Source: Lingula anatina (lineage: Eukaryota > Animalia > Brachiopoda). Taken from it: DNA of 64,000 bases. The notes under the pieces were generated by a model. It had not been told where the DNA came from, made no database searches, and saw nothing but the letters and a program-made list of their open reading frames with translations. The translations under genes were made by a program, and so were the position numbers. Positions 1-12,985 of the stretch are shown here, piece after piece (position 1 is the first letter of the stretch; each line of letters begins with the position of its first letter). The stretch spans positions 8,370,001 to 8,434,000 of the forward strand of contig CM120647.1 of NCBI GenBank assembly GCA_051362555.1. The letters are read 5' to 3'.

Positions 1-29
1 GTAATAGCGTGACTAGGCCGTTCCGTGAC

Positions 30-90
30 ATGGCAAACCGTCGTTGGCGAATCGTTCTCTTTGGCCTTCTGTGTGGATACTGCTTTGGCA
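30..90 (+). CDS. Possible signal-peptide-coding exon (MANRRWRIVLFGLLCGYCFG), phase-1 donor
   Basis: ATG at 30, basic N-region then hydrophobic core; donor GTTAAT at 91, the same hexamer used by GCLC exon 3. Phase compatible with the exons at 5525 and 7059. Weak support. Confidence 0.3.
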
Positions 91-1459
91 GTTAATTTTA
101 GAATGAAGATATTGTTGCCCCCTTTTTTCCTTTGCGGGATTTGATGATGATGTAGAAGACACTTAATTCTGACATTTACACCTCAGAAACGGTGATTATG
201 TAAATAAACCTAAGGTTGCACCATGAGGAATACCGAAGATGTGTCATAATTTCTATCTTTATCGTTTCGAGTTGTCAGTTAATTTAGAATAAAGTTATTG
301 TTGCTTTTTTTACTGTGAGGGACTAATATAGTCAAAAATACGTTAGTATTGATAATATGTTTTAAGATCGAATTTTCGAGATCGTTCTGGATTAAATGTA
401 CATTTTCCTTGGTGATAAGGGGAAAGTTCGGTCAAAAACAAGGGATTTGTTTTAACTTTACGTTAAGTTGGGCCAATGTATTTTTTATGTGTCTACATTT
501 CTAGGGTCAAGTTTTCGGAATTTCGGGTACAGAAGTGAAAACCAACTCTCGATGTAAGTTTCTTTGTAGAAAAGGGACCTTTGCTTAGACGTAAATGTGC
601 CGATTTGAAACCTGAACGACGCCGTGTGCTTTAATATACAATCTCACCTTTCTGAAAAATCGATAGACGCATATTGTGATCGCTCCGTCATACACACCTG
701 TTCTCCAATATGAAAAAAAAGCTACTTTGCTCTTCTTACATCAGGTAGACGTTGGAATTAATAAAGGCACATTTTATAGGCGCTTGCTCACGCAATCTAT
801 CTCGGTTTAAGAAGACTTCCAGGAACCGGCTTAGCAGTTTGCATATATGAAGAGATTTTATGCATTGACTGACGTACATGTAAGACTCCACATGGAGGAG
901 AAAGACCGGGAGGGGGGTAAATAAGAATTTAATGATAAAAAGTAGAAGAGGGCAGTTGTGGGTGACATGGATGGCAAGAAAATTGGTTCAATTTTGTCTC
1001 GGTTCATTCCTTATACTGTTTTTTTTTTTTTTTTTTTTTAATTTGTATTAATTCCTTTTGGAAGGGGGGAGCTGAAGGGGTACCTCATAGAGTTACAAAA
1101 GAGGTAAAATGGGAGGGAATCGTTAAGATTATGTTAGCAATTGCAGAATCCCTCAGTGACAAAAGGAATAGTTTAACTGATCTCAGCTCTAGTACAGGGT
1201 AAACTCTTTGGTCTTTTGGACAAAAAACAAAACATTTTATGTTTCGAGAGAAAAAAATATTCTCCTCAGACAAAATTTTCCTTAACTGAGACATAATGGT
1301 GTTATTTTCCCAAAACAAACATCCTTTTTCTGGAATCCAGCATCAAAGAACATATTGTTTGAGAAACAAAGATTTTGGGATCTCGTGGGAACCGACAGCG
1401 TTTTCGTCAGTCTACAGACAGAATCCACGTCCTGAGTTCAAGTTAAGACTTTGTGATTC

Positions 1460-1658
1460 CTAATATAAAACGGCCTATAATTGGTTGCAGTGTTTTTGCG
1501 GCTATAACCCGACTTCTGATTGGCTGTCGATACCTGTTTTCGCAGACGATCTGCCCTAAAGCGTCACCTTGCGGTCAACCGCAGAATGGTTGTTTTTCAC
1601 AAGTCCTCCTGTTTTTGTTGAAGCCCAGTGTTGTGTGCAGCGTACCCCTGAAGTAAGT
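1460..1658 (+). promoter_or_regulatory. Putative promoter and non-coding first exon upstream of the secreted-protein gene
   Basis: TATA-like TAATATAAAA near 1461, two inverted CCAAT boxes (ATTGG near 1480 and 1519), consensus donor GTAAGT at 1653. Confidence 0.35.
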
Positions 1659-2838
1659 CTCAGACAGACGTCCGTATTTTCCTCCATTTTTTATTTACGG
1701 AGAGGAAGGCAAGCTGGTCATATTTACGCCGTTTGAATCGTAACAATATCGCCATAGGAGTAAGCAAGGAAGTGAGTGAGTACGCCTACTATTTAAATAC
1801 ACGTGTCAGATTTTCAAAATTGTCTTGTTATCCCAACAAAAGATGCCAGACGTTATATTTCCTTTGTATTTATATTTTCAAATCCTTAGAGTCTGTTAAG
1901 TAATAAAAGGGATAAGAAGTGGCAAGATACTGTCAATGTGAAATGTAACTATCGGCAGTCTGTTGTCAAGAAAGCAAATTACACGTAGATAAATAAAAGA
2001 AAATACAGGGGAAAAACGTTATCGAGCCCGTATTTTTAGGTATATCAGTCATTTTTTGCCTTCCTTACCTATTACGGCCAATTAAGCGGTCGTAGGTGAA
2101 AAAGAAAAGAACGCAACGAAGTACATGGTTTTAATTCGAAGGGGCAGGTCGTCTTCATTAACGTTCATATTCATATCAGACTAGACCAGCTGAAGCCGTC
2201 ATTCTTCACGCTTTGGCTTTGGACAGAAAATCTCATTATCCCCAACGGGAGATCAATGGCGATTTCTGGATCTCATATTAACGAAGAAGACCTGTTGTAA
2301 TTGCCTGCGGTCTCGACAGCGGTAAAATTGGCGTTACGATCGAAGAGGAGAGAATCTTCAAGCTTCGACTCCCGTTTCACTTCTCTTGTTGTAAGTTTAA
2401 TTGGACGGTTGTTGATTAAAAATTATTCCTGGCAATCGATTGGCGTGTCCAATTTTAAGGAATAGATCAGATCAGATAGAGCCTCTGCTGGTACCTATCA
2501 TATTAGCATGAGGTAGTTAATTACATCCAGGAAAGGAAGTTAATAATTGTGCGTATACTGTTAGGAAATATGCTGGTTTATACTTTATATGTACATTGTT
2601 GTAATATATAAGGAAGATCATCTCTGCGTTGTTGTATATGTCATACACAGCTTTTATATAGCGTATGTACGAGTAAGAAGCTTATGCCGCTAAACAAGTG
2701 ATGTAATGCTTAAATAGTATGCATATCATAACGTGTTGCCAGTGCGTGTATTGAAGCTTATTGCAAATTTTCTTCTCTCTCACTTTGGTTCCACGTGTGA
2801 TTTTCTATAAGCGCTCTTATAAATAGATATATTGATTA

Positions 2839-2876
<38 letters not shown>

Positions 2877-4079
2877 TGCAATTGCCGTCCAGCAAGAAAC
2901 CTGGCCTCTTTTGAAATATATTTATCGCAATCATCTGAAAGTCGTGATTTGCTCCACTCCGGGAGGGTAATTTGTGTAGGATGATGTATGTAAAAGATAC
3001 AGAACGTTAAGCACGATCACCGACGTGGAAGACTTACCTTGTGGATCGTATGGCATATGATTTTTTTTGCTTTTGTACACGAACGTGAGCAGAGAGAGAG
3101 AGAGAGAGAGTAAAGCTACAATTGATTGACCTCCAAAAAGAAATAAGGAAAGAAAAACAGAGGAAAGTGAGAAGGAAAGTGAATACACAATATTTTACAA
3201 TTCTTAAAATAGAATAATTAAAACAATATTTTTTTACTTGAAAAGTGACACTCAAGCTCTTTTTTTTTCTTTAACCGGGCACCACAGAGATAGCATTTCA
3301 TTCACCACACAGCGCGTCAGCGGTTTAATGTTAACACTTAATGTCGACAGAATAGATTGCCTGGAATTACTCCATTAAGAGCGGTGTTAACAGTCGTCGT
3401 AACTCATCACGTACACCCGTGATTAATGTTCATTTAGGGGTATGGACTTAGAGAGATGCGTAATAGGTATGCTGGATAGGAGATATATGAGGTTGTTTAG
3501 ACTGAAATAGGATTCGGGGTTTGTGTCAGAGAAAAATTAAGCCGGAACTTAATTTCTTCACTTTTTAAGACCAAAACAGTGGTCTACCTCAGCTCATATC
3601 ACATATATAGTCTTACTTTTCAGTGAAAAAAAATATTGGTTCGAAACACTAGTCATGTCTTTCTTGTTTTAAAATAGACGCTGTCTTTATTTTCATTAGA
3701 CTTCTATCGATTTGTCTTGGGTTGCAAAAATTGTAATTTTACACTTAAAGTTTGGACCACATTTCGGGCTGACGCGTTTCTGAGAAACGGGCCCTTGTTG
3801 GTAAGCCTATATAATATAGAATCGACCACATCCTACCGTTGTTTGTTTCGAAGAGATGCTTGTGAATCCAGTCCTACGTTGGCAAAGCACAAAAAGATGA
3901 CAAGGAGTTTGGCTGTACGTTACTTCGTGCGAGTATCGTCTTACTGCGGTATTGACACGCAAAAGGTGGGGTGGAATTCTCATGTATCATAAATGTCAGA
4001 AGTAGCGCCAGCGAAAGGAGAGGAGTTTGGTGAGGAAGTTTTGTGGTGAGCTGTTGATGAACAAACTGCTGTTGTGGAA

Positions 4080-4082
<3 letters not shown>

Positions 4083-4123
<41 letters not shown>

Positions 4124-4137
4124 TGTGTGCGTGTGTA

Positions 4138-4169
<32 letters not shown>

Positions 4170-4244
4170 TGTGTGTGTGAGAGAGAAAGAGAGAGAGAGT
4201 TTTAAGTTTGTCTCTGAATGGAAAGAAATTAGACAGACAGATAC

Positions 4245-4282
<38 letters not shown>
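4083..4282. repeat. Compound microsatellite (GT)n-(GA)n-(GATA)n
   Basis: Directly visible. Confidence 0.95.
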
Positions 4283-4284
<2 letters not shown>

Positions 4285-4316
4285 ATGGCTAAAGCACTTT
4301 GCTTTTAGAGTATTCA

Positions 4317-4412
4317 AAATTTACCTAGATCAAAATTTACCCAGAGTGGTCTTTTCCACGCAAAAGGGGCGGTTCTTTCGAACCCCCCGAACCCCCCCTG
4401 GCTACGGGCCTG
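4317..4412. mobile_element. Truncated copy of the CAGGCCCGTAGCCAG-ended MITE family
   Basis: Ends in ctggctacgggcctg and shares internal sequence (agagtggtcttt, gggcggttctttcgaacccccc) with the copy at 35153-35335. Confidence 0.75.
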
Positions 4413-5354
4413 AATATGATGTATGTCATATATTCCGTATAGTTTAATTTTGGGTTAACACGGTAATGGCTCCATAGAATACGTTATGGAGCCATCTCCC
4501 CGTGTTCCGTTAGAAATAGCTTATGGTTTTGAGATATTTGCGGTTAAGACTGCATAATTATGAATTCTCTTTACGCCCTTTTTACGACAATGCTGTAGCT
4601 AGGCTGAATTAAAAAAAAAAAAAAAACCATCATTGATTCAATAAAAAACAGCAAGAAGCCTTTCACAGAACACATGACAATTTTAACAATATTACTAAAA
4701 TAACTGTCTATCCGAAGACGTACAATTCACAAGAGAAAACAAAAGAAGTCGACCTCGTCGTTTATTGACCGACGGAATGACGCATGTTTGAGGATATCAG
4801 AATACTCAAGTTCTTTATATCTACAAGGTTTCTGTTTGTTATAGTGGCCCTGTCATCTTTACAGCCTTCGCTTTTTAACTGTCTTCATATTGGTAAAAAA
4901 GAAAAAAAAAACAGATCGTTTTTAAAGTGAAGAAGCTTGTTTTCACCTATGAGGCCTGAAGTTTCGACCCTAAAATACTCGAAGGGCCTTGTATGATCGC
5001 TTGACTGCTTTGTCGATGTAGGATCGAAACGTTATGTCTCTAAGGTATAAAAAACAAAAAAAAAATCTCCCAGGAAACAATATGCTTTTATTCCATCATT
5101 ATAGAAGAGACAGTGAAAACCCCTTTCTCGCGTGCTTTCTTACTGTTGACCATTTTATACTAACGGAACATTACATGTGGACATTGTTCTTTTTACACTA
5201 ACTGATGATTATAATTATGATTATTATAATAAGACTTTTTATCTCTACTTATAATACCATTATTACTTTGAAATCTAAATTAAGCTTTCAATTTGTATTT
5301 CATTTGTAAAGTCTACAGAACATATTTTATGGATTTAAGACCCTAGATAAATAA

Positions 5355-5404
<50 letters not shown>

Positions 5405-5532
5405 AAATATTTCCAGCTCTTAGATGTTCATCTGGGTCTTTTTTCTTTTTGTGTGTCAGCTGCTTCCTGCAGCTTAGACACACAGCACTTTTCGCATTTA
5501 TTATTATTATTATTATTATTACAGATAGTACC

Positions 5533-5646
5533 ATGGAGGTATTGTGGAGGAATATGGTTACCCAGGTCATTTGGTGGCGGTGGTTGGGTCTTCTTACTGT
5601 CCTGTTATCACTGGGAGGCGCCATGATGGACCTCGTTAGATTTGAA

Positions 5647-5647
<1 letters not shown>
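5533..5647 (+). CDS. Uncharacterised secreted Cys-containing protein, coding exon 1 (signal peptide MEVLWRNMVTQVIWWRWLGLLTVLLSLGGA...)
   Basis: Acceptor ttacag at 5524, ACCATGG Kozak context, hydrophobic signal-like stretch, donor G|GTAATA phase 1 that joins in frame to 7059. Confidence 0.65.
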
Positions 5648-5688
<41 letters not shown>

Positions 5689-5779
5689 TATAATTATACA
5701 CTTTAACTTAGCACAATCTTTTATGATGGAATAACATATCATTATTACGACTGTTTGAAGAAAGATAAAATTCAGATGA

Positions 5780-5916
<137 letters not shown>

Positions 5917-6794
5917 ATTAGTGAAGCCGAAAAACAGTTTAGATGCTATAACGAAAATTAGCTTCCTTCCATTTTAAGCTCTCCGTTCTATCTAACATGA
6001 GTAAAAGGACACGAAAGCAGGGAGTTATTATTCAAATGAAAATCGATATGGTGTTATGTTCTGTCCATCGCAATCTCCCCAAGGGCTTCTTCAACTCTAA
6101 ATTCCGTCCTTATATGTGCTTGTGTTTTCACCTCTTAATGCCGCATCTAAACTTCCTGTCGTATGGGAAAACTTGGATTTCCCTGCGGTTATTCTAGCTT
6201 GAGAACCGCAACGCTTATCCTCTAAGTGAATCTAGGTTTCCACGCGGATTATTCTTTCCGTATATGTTTAAAGCTAGTTTGTTAGTGAATCCGGTGTCAC
6301 AGGCTGCGGAGCGTCGTCTTGCTCTTCACGGTAAATCAAGTGTTGGTTTTGCCAGATGCGCCTTGTTAAGATTGCGTCCGTTGTCGCAACTAACACACTG
6401 GGAGAAACCTCGGGTAAATCCAAAGACATGCATAAGGATATAATCAGCACACTGAAAACACTGGATTGCACAATTTTTTTGTGTAACTGCTATTTCAGTC
6501 ATGAACCTGAACTTATCAGTTGAGCCACAAGTTTGATGTATAACTCATATTTCGGACCTAAAATCGAAATGATCATCTGAGCAAAAAGTTCGATGTATAA
6601 TTCATATTTGGGTAAAGGAATGTCTTCTAAACAGTACATACTTATTTTTGTCTCTGATATTGCTATCCAGTGGTTGAAAAAATAGTTGGTTTCCTAGGGA
6701 TAACTGGCCAGAGGATAACAATATTATCCAATGGATAATGTTATCCAGAGGATATCCCTATCCTGTGTTGTTGAAACTGTGCCCTGATGTATAA

Positions 6795-7043
6795 GGGTCC
6801 ATTCTCACAGATATTTGGATCGATCTACCTTCCTGGAGAGTCTCACTAAATTGCTGTCAACTTAACCGGCTTAAATGTCTGTCACCCTTAGTAAAGCCAT
6901 TTAATGGGGTAATTATTTTTACCCCTAGCTGATTCGGTAGGCGTGACAGACATTTAAGCCCGTTAAGTTGATAGCAATTTAGTGAGACTCCCCAGGGAGT
7001 TAAACCGATCCAGATGGATCGATCTAGGCGTGGGAACCCAGTC
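6795..7043. mobile_element. Palindromic MITE, PIF/Harbinger (Tourist)-like
   Basis: Long internal inverted arms (gtctcactaaattgctgtcaacttaac / gttaagttgatagcaatttagtgagac), TAA on both flanks, related to copies at 21016 and 50237. Confidence 0.75.
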
Positions 7044-7058
7044 TAACTTATATTTCAG

Positions 7059-7167
7059 ACAAACCCTTCGACTCCAGTATCCTGGTTCACGGCCGGACAG
7101 TGTCTTGCAACGGGAGCATCCCCAAGGGAAGGTTCGCAGGGCCCACGTGGACTTGTGCCGATATCAA
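7059..7167 (+). CDS. Secreted protein coding exon 2 (KPFDSSILVHGRTVSCNGSIPKGRFAGPTWTCADI)
   Basis: tatttcag acceptor, AA|GTAAGA donor, open frame, phases 1/2 match the neighbouring exons. Confidence 0.7.
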
Positions 7168-7635
7168 GTAAGACATTAGCTTGCGATCCCAACTTGTGTA
7201 ACGAAACTGAGGGTCCGTGTAACAGAAAGTCCGCCCTCCATTTAGTTATAATGGTTAGAATTAGCCTGATCTATTTTGTAGATTGTAATAGGCAGGGTTC
7301 TTTTATTACTGTTACCAAGGAAATAATGAAAATTAGACACATAGCGATGGCATTGTTGCCTCCACCAAGGAGGTTATGCTTTTGGTTCTGTTTGTCTGCC
7401 TACGCTCTGTGTGTTGGTCTGCATATTAGCAATATTATGCAAAAGAGATACGTGCGGGGTTTTGGTGATATCATCAAAAACTGTCAAGTAAAAAACGGTG
7501 ACTTTTAGATGGTGATTTATAAATTAACTAATAAGCCTATGTATTGTAATGAGAATTGAACTGCCTTGGCGGAGGTCTCCTCTCTTTGAGAGGTCTCCTC
7601 CCCCCGACAATCACTTATCATCTTTTCCATTTCAG

Positions 7636-7810
7636 GGTTGATGGATTGCGCCTTTCCTACGGATTTATCTCTTATGAGAGTGGCGTGGGCCAGTCCGAAA
7701 GACACTGTGACGCCAACACCGACAATTTGACAAACGACTACGCCCAGTTGTGCAGGGAAATGATGGCGGTTCAGAAGGATGTTGGCCGGGAACCGTTTTG
7801 GTCCGCTTTT
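7636..7810 (+). CDS. Secreted protein coding exon 3 (VDGLRLSYGFISYESGVGQSERHCDANTDNLTNDYAQLCREMMAVQKDVGREPFWSAF)
   Basis: catttcag acceptor in phase; donor TTT|GTAGGT phase 0. If unspliced the frame stops at 7885. Confidence 0.65.
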
Positions 7811-8390
7811 GTAGGTATCTTCCCCAACTGGCATGTGTATGACATTGCCATATGTAGGGGTTTCCACTTTTTAACGTCTCATTAGTGAGCAAAAATGTTC
7901 ATTAGCTTGGTAGTTGGATCATATATGATATTGATCACACGCAAGCTGAAACACTTTCAAACCGTTAGATATCATCTATGTTAGCTTAGTTAAATCGTTC
8001 CAAATAAAAAAAAGGAAAATCCTGGATCCAGTAGTGATAGCGGTCACATGACCTTGGCGTTACTTGAAAGGGGGCACAATGTTGGGGCTTTTGCAAACCT
8101 TTTAGCGCATACGGTTATTATATGAAAACGTCCCGAAAATAATTAAATTTTGCTCGCCAGCGGCGCTTTTTTTGTACACATCTTACACTTTATTTGCCAT
8201 ATACTGTTTTGATCTCTTCGCTGATACTGGAAGCTACTTGATATTTTCGAATAACAAGAATTAATACATTTCCGCCGAAAAATTATTATATGATTAATTT
8301 TGAATAAATCAGTTTAAAAATGGATACATCTTGAAGGATTGAACAAAGTGAGATATTTGAGAAGTTTAAAGAATTTTCCTCCTTTTTCAG

Positions 8391-8543
8391 ATCAGTGACG
8401 GCAGCTGCGGCGCCTTACCCGAGAAACGCATGAGGTTCTTAAAGGACAGGGGCAGAGTCTGGCACGTGATGGATCCAGGGAGAGGTTACGTCAGGACGTT
8501 ACAGTGCATGTTATATCCTAACCCAACCGACGGGTTACACTGA
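8391..8543 (+). CDS. Secreted protein coding exon 4 (ISDGSCGALPEKRMRFLKDRGRVWHVMDPGRGYVRTLQCMLYPNPTDGLH*)
   Basis: Strong polypyrimidine acceptor cctttttcag, phase 0; brings the mature protein to an even six Cys; ends at TGA 8541-8543. Confidence 0.6.
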   Translation: MSDGSCGALPEKRMRFLKDRGRVWHVMDPGRGYVRTLQCMLYPNPTDGLH

Positions 8544-11500
8544 CGACGGACAGACTACTCGGGAAATTCCGGTCAAGATCGGACAAAGTGTTCAACTCTC
8601 GCTGGTACGAGAGATTGCGGGATTTTTGCTTTAGTACCAAAGAATGGAACTCAAAGTGGAGGCAGCGTGGCCTCTCGGAGCGGAGAGAGAAGTAGCTTGG
8701 CTTTTCTTTATCTGATAGTGTTAGGAGCGGCTGGCATTCACACCACCTTAGTATAATCAAATGCCACCTCCTTGTGACGTCACTCTCTACACTGGTGACG
8801 TCATTCTCTGAACTGGACGGATAGAACAACTCAAGTGTGGAAATTGTAAATTAAATTTATTGAGGATAGGTACCATGACATTCGGTTGAATGACACGAAA
8901 GATTGAACTTAGACATATTTGAAAAAAAGTTATGTGTATTTCAACGATCAGCACTGAAGCAGAAGAAGAGAAAAGTTGCGAAAAGTTGTGAACCCCAAAA
9001 AAGGTGATACGAAAGTGCGGTTCTGTCTGGAAGTGACGCTGGTGCAGTGGACAGGGCATATTAATGACGATTCAAGTTGCGCTCTGGCTTATCTGTTATG
9101 AATCTTAAAGTGCGCTAGATACTGGGACGGACACAGTGCTCCGATATGATGTATTAGTGGGCCGCCTTGGCTGAGGAGAGATGTTTAACCGTTAAGGATG
9201 CTCGCTGTCGGCTGGGTGTGAATTCGGAGGAGTTTTTATAAGGAACGAACAGTGGTGGATTTATTAGGAGGTACGAGAATGTACATGCTGTGTCGTGTCC
9301 TATGATGAAGCGTTGACGTCGACAGCAGATAAACATATAAGATATCACCTCAATAATTGGTTGAACCGTGGAAGTTCGCCAATATTACACGAATGTTTTG
9401 CCACGACTAGTTGCATGATGCTTGTTGACACATTGTGTGCACGTGGCCATGAAGAGGGATATCATAGGAAAAACTGTGCTGTGATGTTCGGAAAATATTC
9501 AGTAGGCCCTATTAGGTGTGTGATATGATAACTATTGGTTATATCCCGTGTATCTGGCAAGTGACCCAGATCGTTATCCTTTTATGCTCCTCGAAGATCA
9601 CGGGTAATCTTAACGGAACTGTAAAGCAAACGGAATGGTTATTTTTACGACATAAAGGTAACTTTACGCCATTATCGGAACAGTTGTGATTCTGCAACGG
9701 TGAAAAGCGAAAAGGAAACATAAACAGACGAATTTTACCTTTCAAAAGTATCGGGAGGATGTATGACCTAACAGCTGTAAGACGCGAAAAGAAAATGAAG
9801 ACGGAGCAATTTGACGGCATCACTTTGTCTCATCGACAATATTTGACGGAGCTTTGATCCTGAAACTGGAAGAGGGGGGGGGAACAGACCAAAGATACAC
9901 AAGCAAACCGACACGATCCGACCTTCTACCAAAGACTTGTGATTATAAACTCAAAGATGTAACTGCCTTTGATCTGCCTCTTACAGGCGGTGATAAATCA
10001 TCGCAAGCGCCATCTTCAAACATCCAGCGCTGTCGTGTGGCGCTGTAGCCAAGACACGCCACTGCATCTCTAGATTTTTTTTTCAAAAATTGTATTCAGT
10101 TCTTACCTCATATATGGACACTTTCAGTGGGGTATTATGGGCACTTTCAAAGGGTTAATGGACACTTTCAAATACTTAAGTTGGGTACTTTCAACTTTCA
10201 AAGGATTTTAAAAAACATCTCAGGGACCCGCATTTGTTCCCAAAGCTGGTTCTCCGTTTAAGATGAGCTGACTTCGAAAATTACCACAATCTGAGCAGCG
10301 CTTTTCTTCAAAATGGATCTTGCCTAGATTAATACTCCAAATGTATTTACATCAAGCAAGTTTTCAAAATTAGTGTCATTTGTTATGCTGATGTTTTAGG
10401 TGACAATGAAGTAGGTGTCACCTTTAAAAAAAAAGGCGTCACCATATCGCGTGTTTTTAATGCTGTGCAGTTCTTATTGTGAAAGACCTGGACCTGTTTT
10501 TGCAGCATGCTTTATGTTCTGCATCAAACTAAAGCTAAGACAAATCTTATTCCTATTTTTTATCATTACGTCATACCGTATTATCATGTTTTTTTTTTTT
10601 TTTTTTTCAGTAGAGAATTGTAGTCTCCCCCTACGCCAGTTTTCTTTACAAAAAGTTGTAGAACGTGATATATAAAACGGACGCATTAAGTTAAAGCAAA
10701 TTGCTTTGTTTGTAGGTAAGTGGTCAGAAACTATGTATCTATTTATCGCAGTGAGTGTGCGGAAGGATCCCAAATTTGGTTATCAATCAGATTGAGCACT
10801 GATTTATTTTAGAAACATTTACGCCGAGATTTTTTTATTTTTGTTGTTAAGTTGGTAATAATGCAGGCTTGTTTAAGTCGGATGCGACAGGTGAGACGAA
10901 TGTGACGCTTCACAGCTGAAACAATCATCCCAACATTCCATTACGAGACGTAGCGCCATCTATTGTATATCTGTAGGTAGAAATGGCGCAACTATTAGAA
11001 TGTTTGACAAGACAGCCAATATCTGACAACACGTTGTCACTTTGGACTCAATAAAATTTGCATTATAGGATTTGTAGAATCGTGAAGAGTAATATAATTA
11101 ATTTTGGTAAGAGTGTACTTAGTCATCATGCCAGGATTAATTATTGTGATGACATATTTTTCCACTGTCATCTCTGATTATATTTACTGTTGGTGTCATA
11201 CGAACATTTAATTTGATCTCTCTGTAAATAAGACGAACGCACTACATAGTGAGTGGTGTACATAATTGTACGATTATTTAGAGTTTTGTTAACAGCATAC
11301 TTAGCTATTATATAAGCGTTATTGTAAGTAGTATAATTGTTAATATGTTAAAATGTTGGCGGCGTTGCAGCGAATAAAATTGTGTTATAGTGTTGATTCA
11401 AACGAGTGCTTTTGCCTGCCGGCCAAGATGACAGTAAAAAAGAGTAAAGTTCGATTCTTACAGAGCGTATTCAGAACATGTTCGGATCAAATAACGTTAA

Positions 11501-12819
11501 ATTTTTAATTCCTAAGTTGTTAGAAACTATGCGTGAGAGATTGAGATGGAGGTGTAATGCTCGAGTCTCACACTTAATATGTGAAAGTTATTTCACCTGT
11601 ATAAAGTAATGTTAAACGGTCAACAATACCTATTATACTATACCATTCTTATCTGATCGGCGAGATGTGTGCGACAGATACCGTGGAGTGTTTTGCCATC
11701 AATTGTGATTATAAAATGGTTACAAAAATGAGATCACCCAAAGTGCAAGATATTTTCGTTGTGCGCATGACAATCACACCAAACCATCACGACAACTTGG
11801 AATGAGCAATTAAAATATTTCTATTCCTAAAACTTATTTCGATTTCCAAGTAAATGTTTTGACAGTCGTTATTATAGACAACCGCTCCTTTGTAGATAAA
11901 GGCAGAAAACACATAATTAATTTTATCAAATAAATCAACAGTTCGATCAATTTATTTATATACTTTTACAATATATGTACAATACGATAAAATACGTTAT
12001 TTGACTACATATTTATCAAGTAAGATACATTTATAGTTTATTGTTTGCATTATTCTTCCCCACGTATGCTTACTTAAGATACTAATCAAAAATATACAAC
12101 AATCTACTAAAGAGAAGATAAAATTTCTGACTGATTACAATTTTTTCATTAAAAGCATAGCGTTGACATTTTGAAAAAATATCATCTATTATTAATAAAA
12201 AGTAAATATATCATGAAAACTGCCACAGAATTCAAATCTTCAAAGTGAATTTTCAATTTGGCCAATCTCGGTTAATCCTGTACAAAAGTATCAGCCGACA
12301 TATTCCGGGTGGACAATTCCCACTGATTATCATACTTGTACCTCCTCTTTCAGATACCCACATCAAAGCTCATGTTAATAATAAATTCTGAAAGATAATT
12401 TCAACACCTGTAATTGTATTACCTTAAATAATGTGGCCTCCCTGGCCACTGTATCGACCCGAAGTTTGATCTAAACTACCTTGAATAAAGAGTTTATCAA
12501 AATAAACCTTACACTACAAAATATAATGAGATTCATATTGAGCAAATACTGTAGAGGCAAGGGGTAATTATGAGTGCACTTTTGCTTAAATGTTTCCAAG
12601 TGCCAATCCTAAAATTAGAGTATATTGAACAGCAACAGAAATCCCTTTATAGATGAACAATGGCGGATCCCCATCCTCAACTACGAAAATACCCCTATAT
12701 CAACCGAAGAAACAATACAATACCCCCTTGGGAACGTGTCGGTAAGCTATTCGAAAACTAACGGATCGCTGAGCTTGTCAACAGACCCACCCCAACCCCG
12801 CCCACCCTCTGTGAGCGAA

Positions 12820-12985
12820 GTCAGAACAGCAGACTAACAGATCAGCGGATCAGATATGGTGATCCACTAAAAAGCTTGTCGTTTAGTTCCCGAGTAGACA
12901 CTGAATAGATTATCCGCGGGGATTACGCACCAAGCATTTAAGTCGGTCGGCCATATTTGATCCGCGGATCAGTTAGTCCGCTCTG
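12820..12985. mobile_element. Degenerate MITE (family of 38892-39175)
   Basis: Shares gtcggccatatttgatccgcggatcagttagtcc with other copies; inverted arms. Confidence 0.55.

Noticed and set aside
3874-4317. 147-aa His/Thr-repeat ORF (and similar ORFs at 44593-45116, 55729-56005, 20048-20331, 5755-5961)
   Set aside because: These are translations of (CA)n, (GA)n and (GATA)n microsatellites.
7811-7885. Alternative ending of the secreted protein by reading through the exon 3 donor
   Set aside because: Gives an odd Cys count and ignores a strong in-phase acceptor at 8390; kept only as a possible retained-intron form.
8875-8915. ATGA-N10-AA...GA pattern resembling a SECIS element
   Set aside because: The stem is short, relies on several G-U pairs and has a bulge; it is not convincing without a SECIS search.
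10115-10205. Four spaced copies of (g/a)cactttca, superficially CRISPR-like
   Set aside because: Repeat and spacers are too short and degenerate, the context is eukaryotic, and there are no cas genes; this is an ordinary minisatellite.
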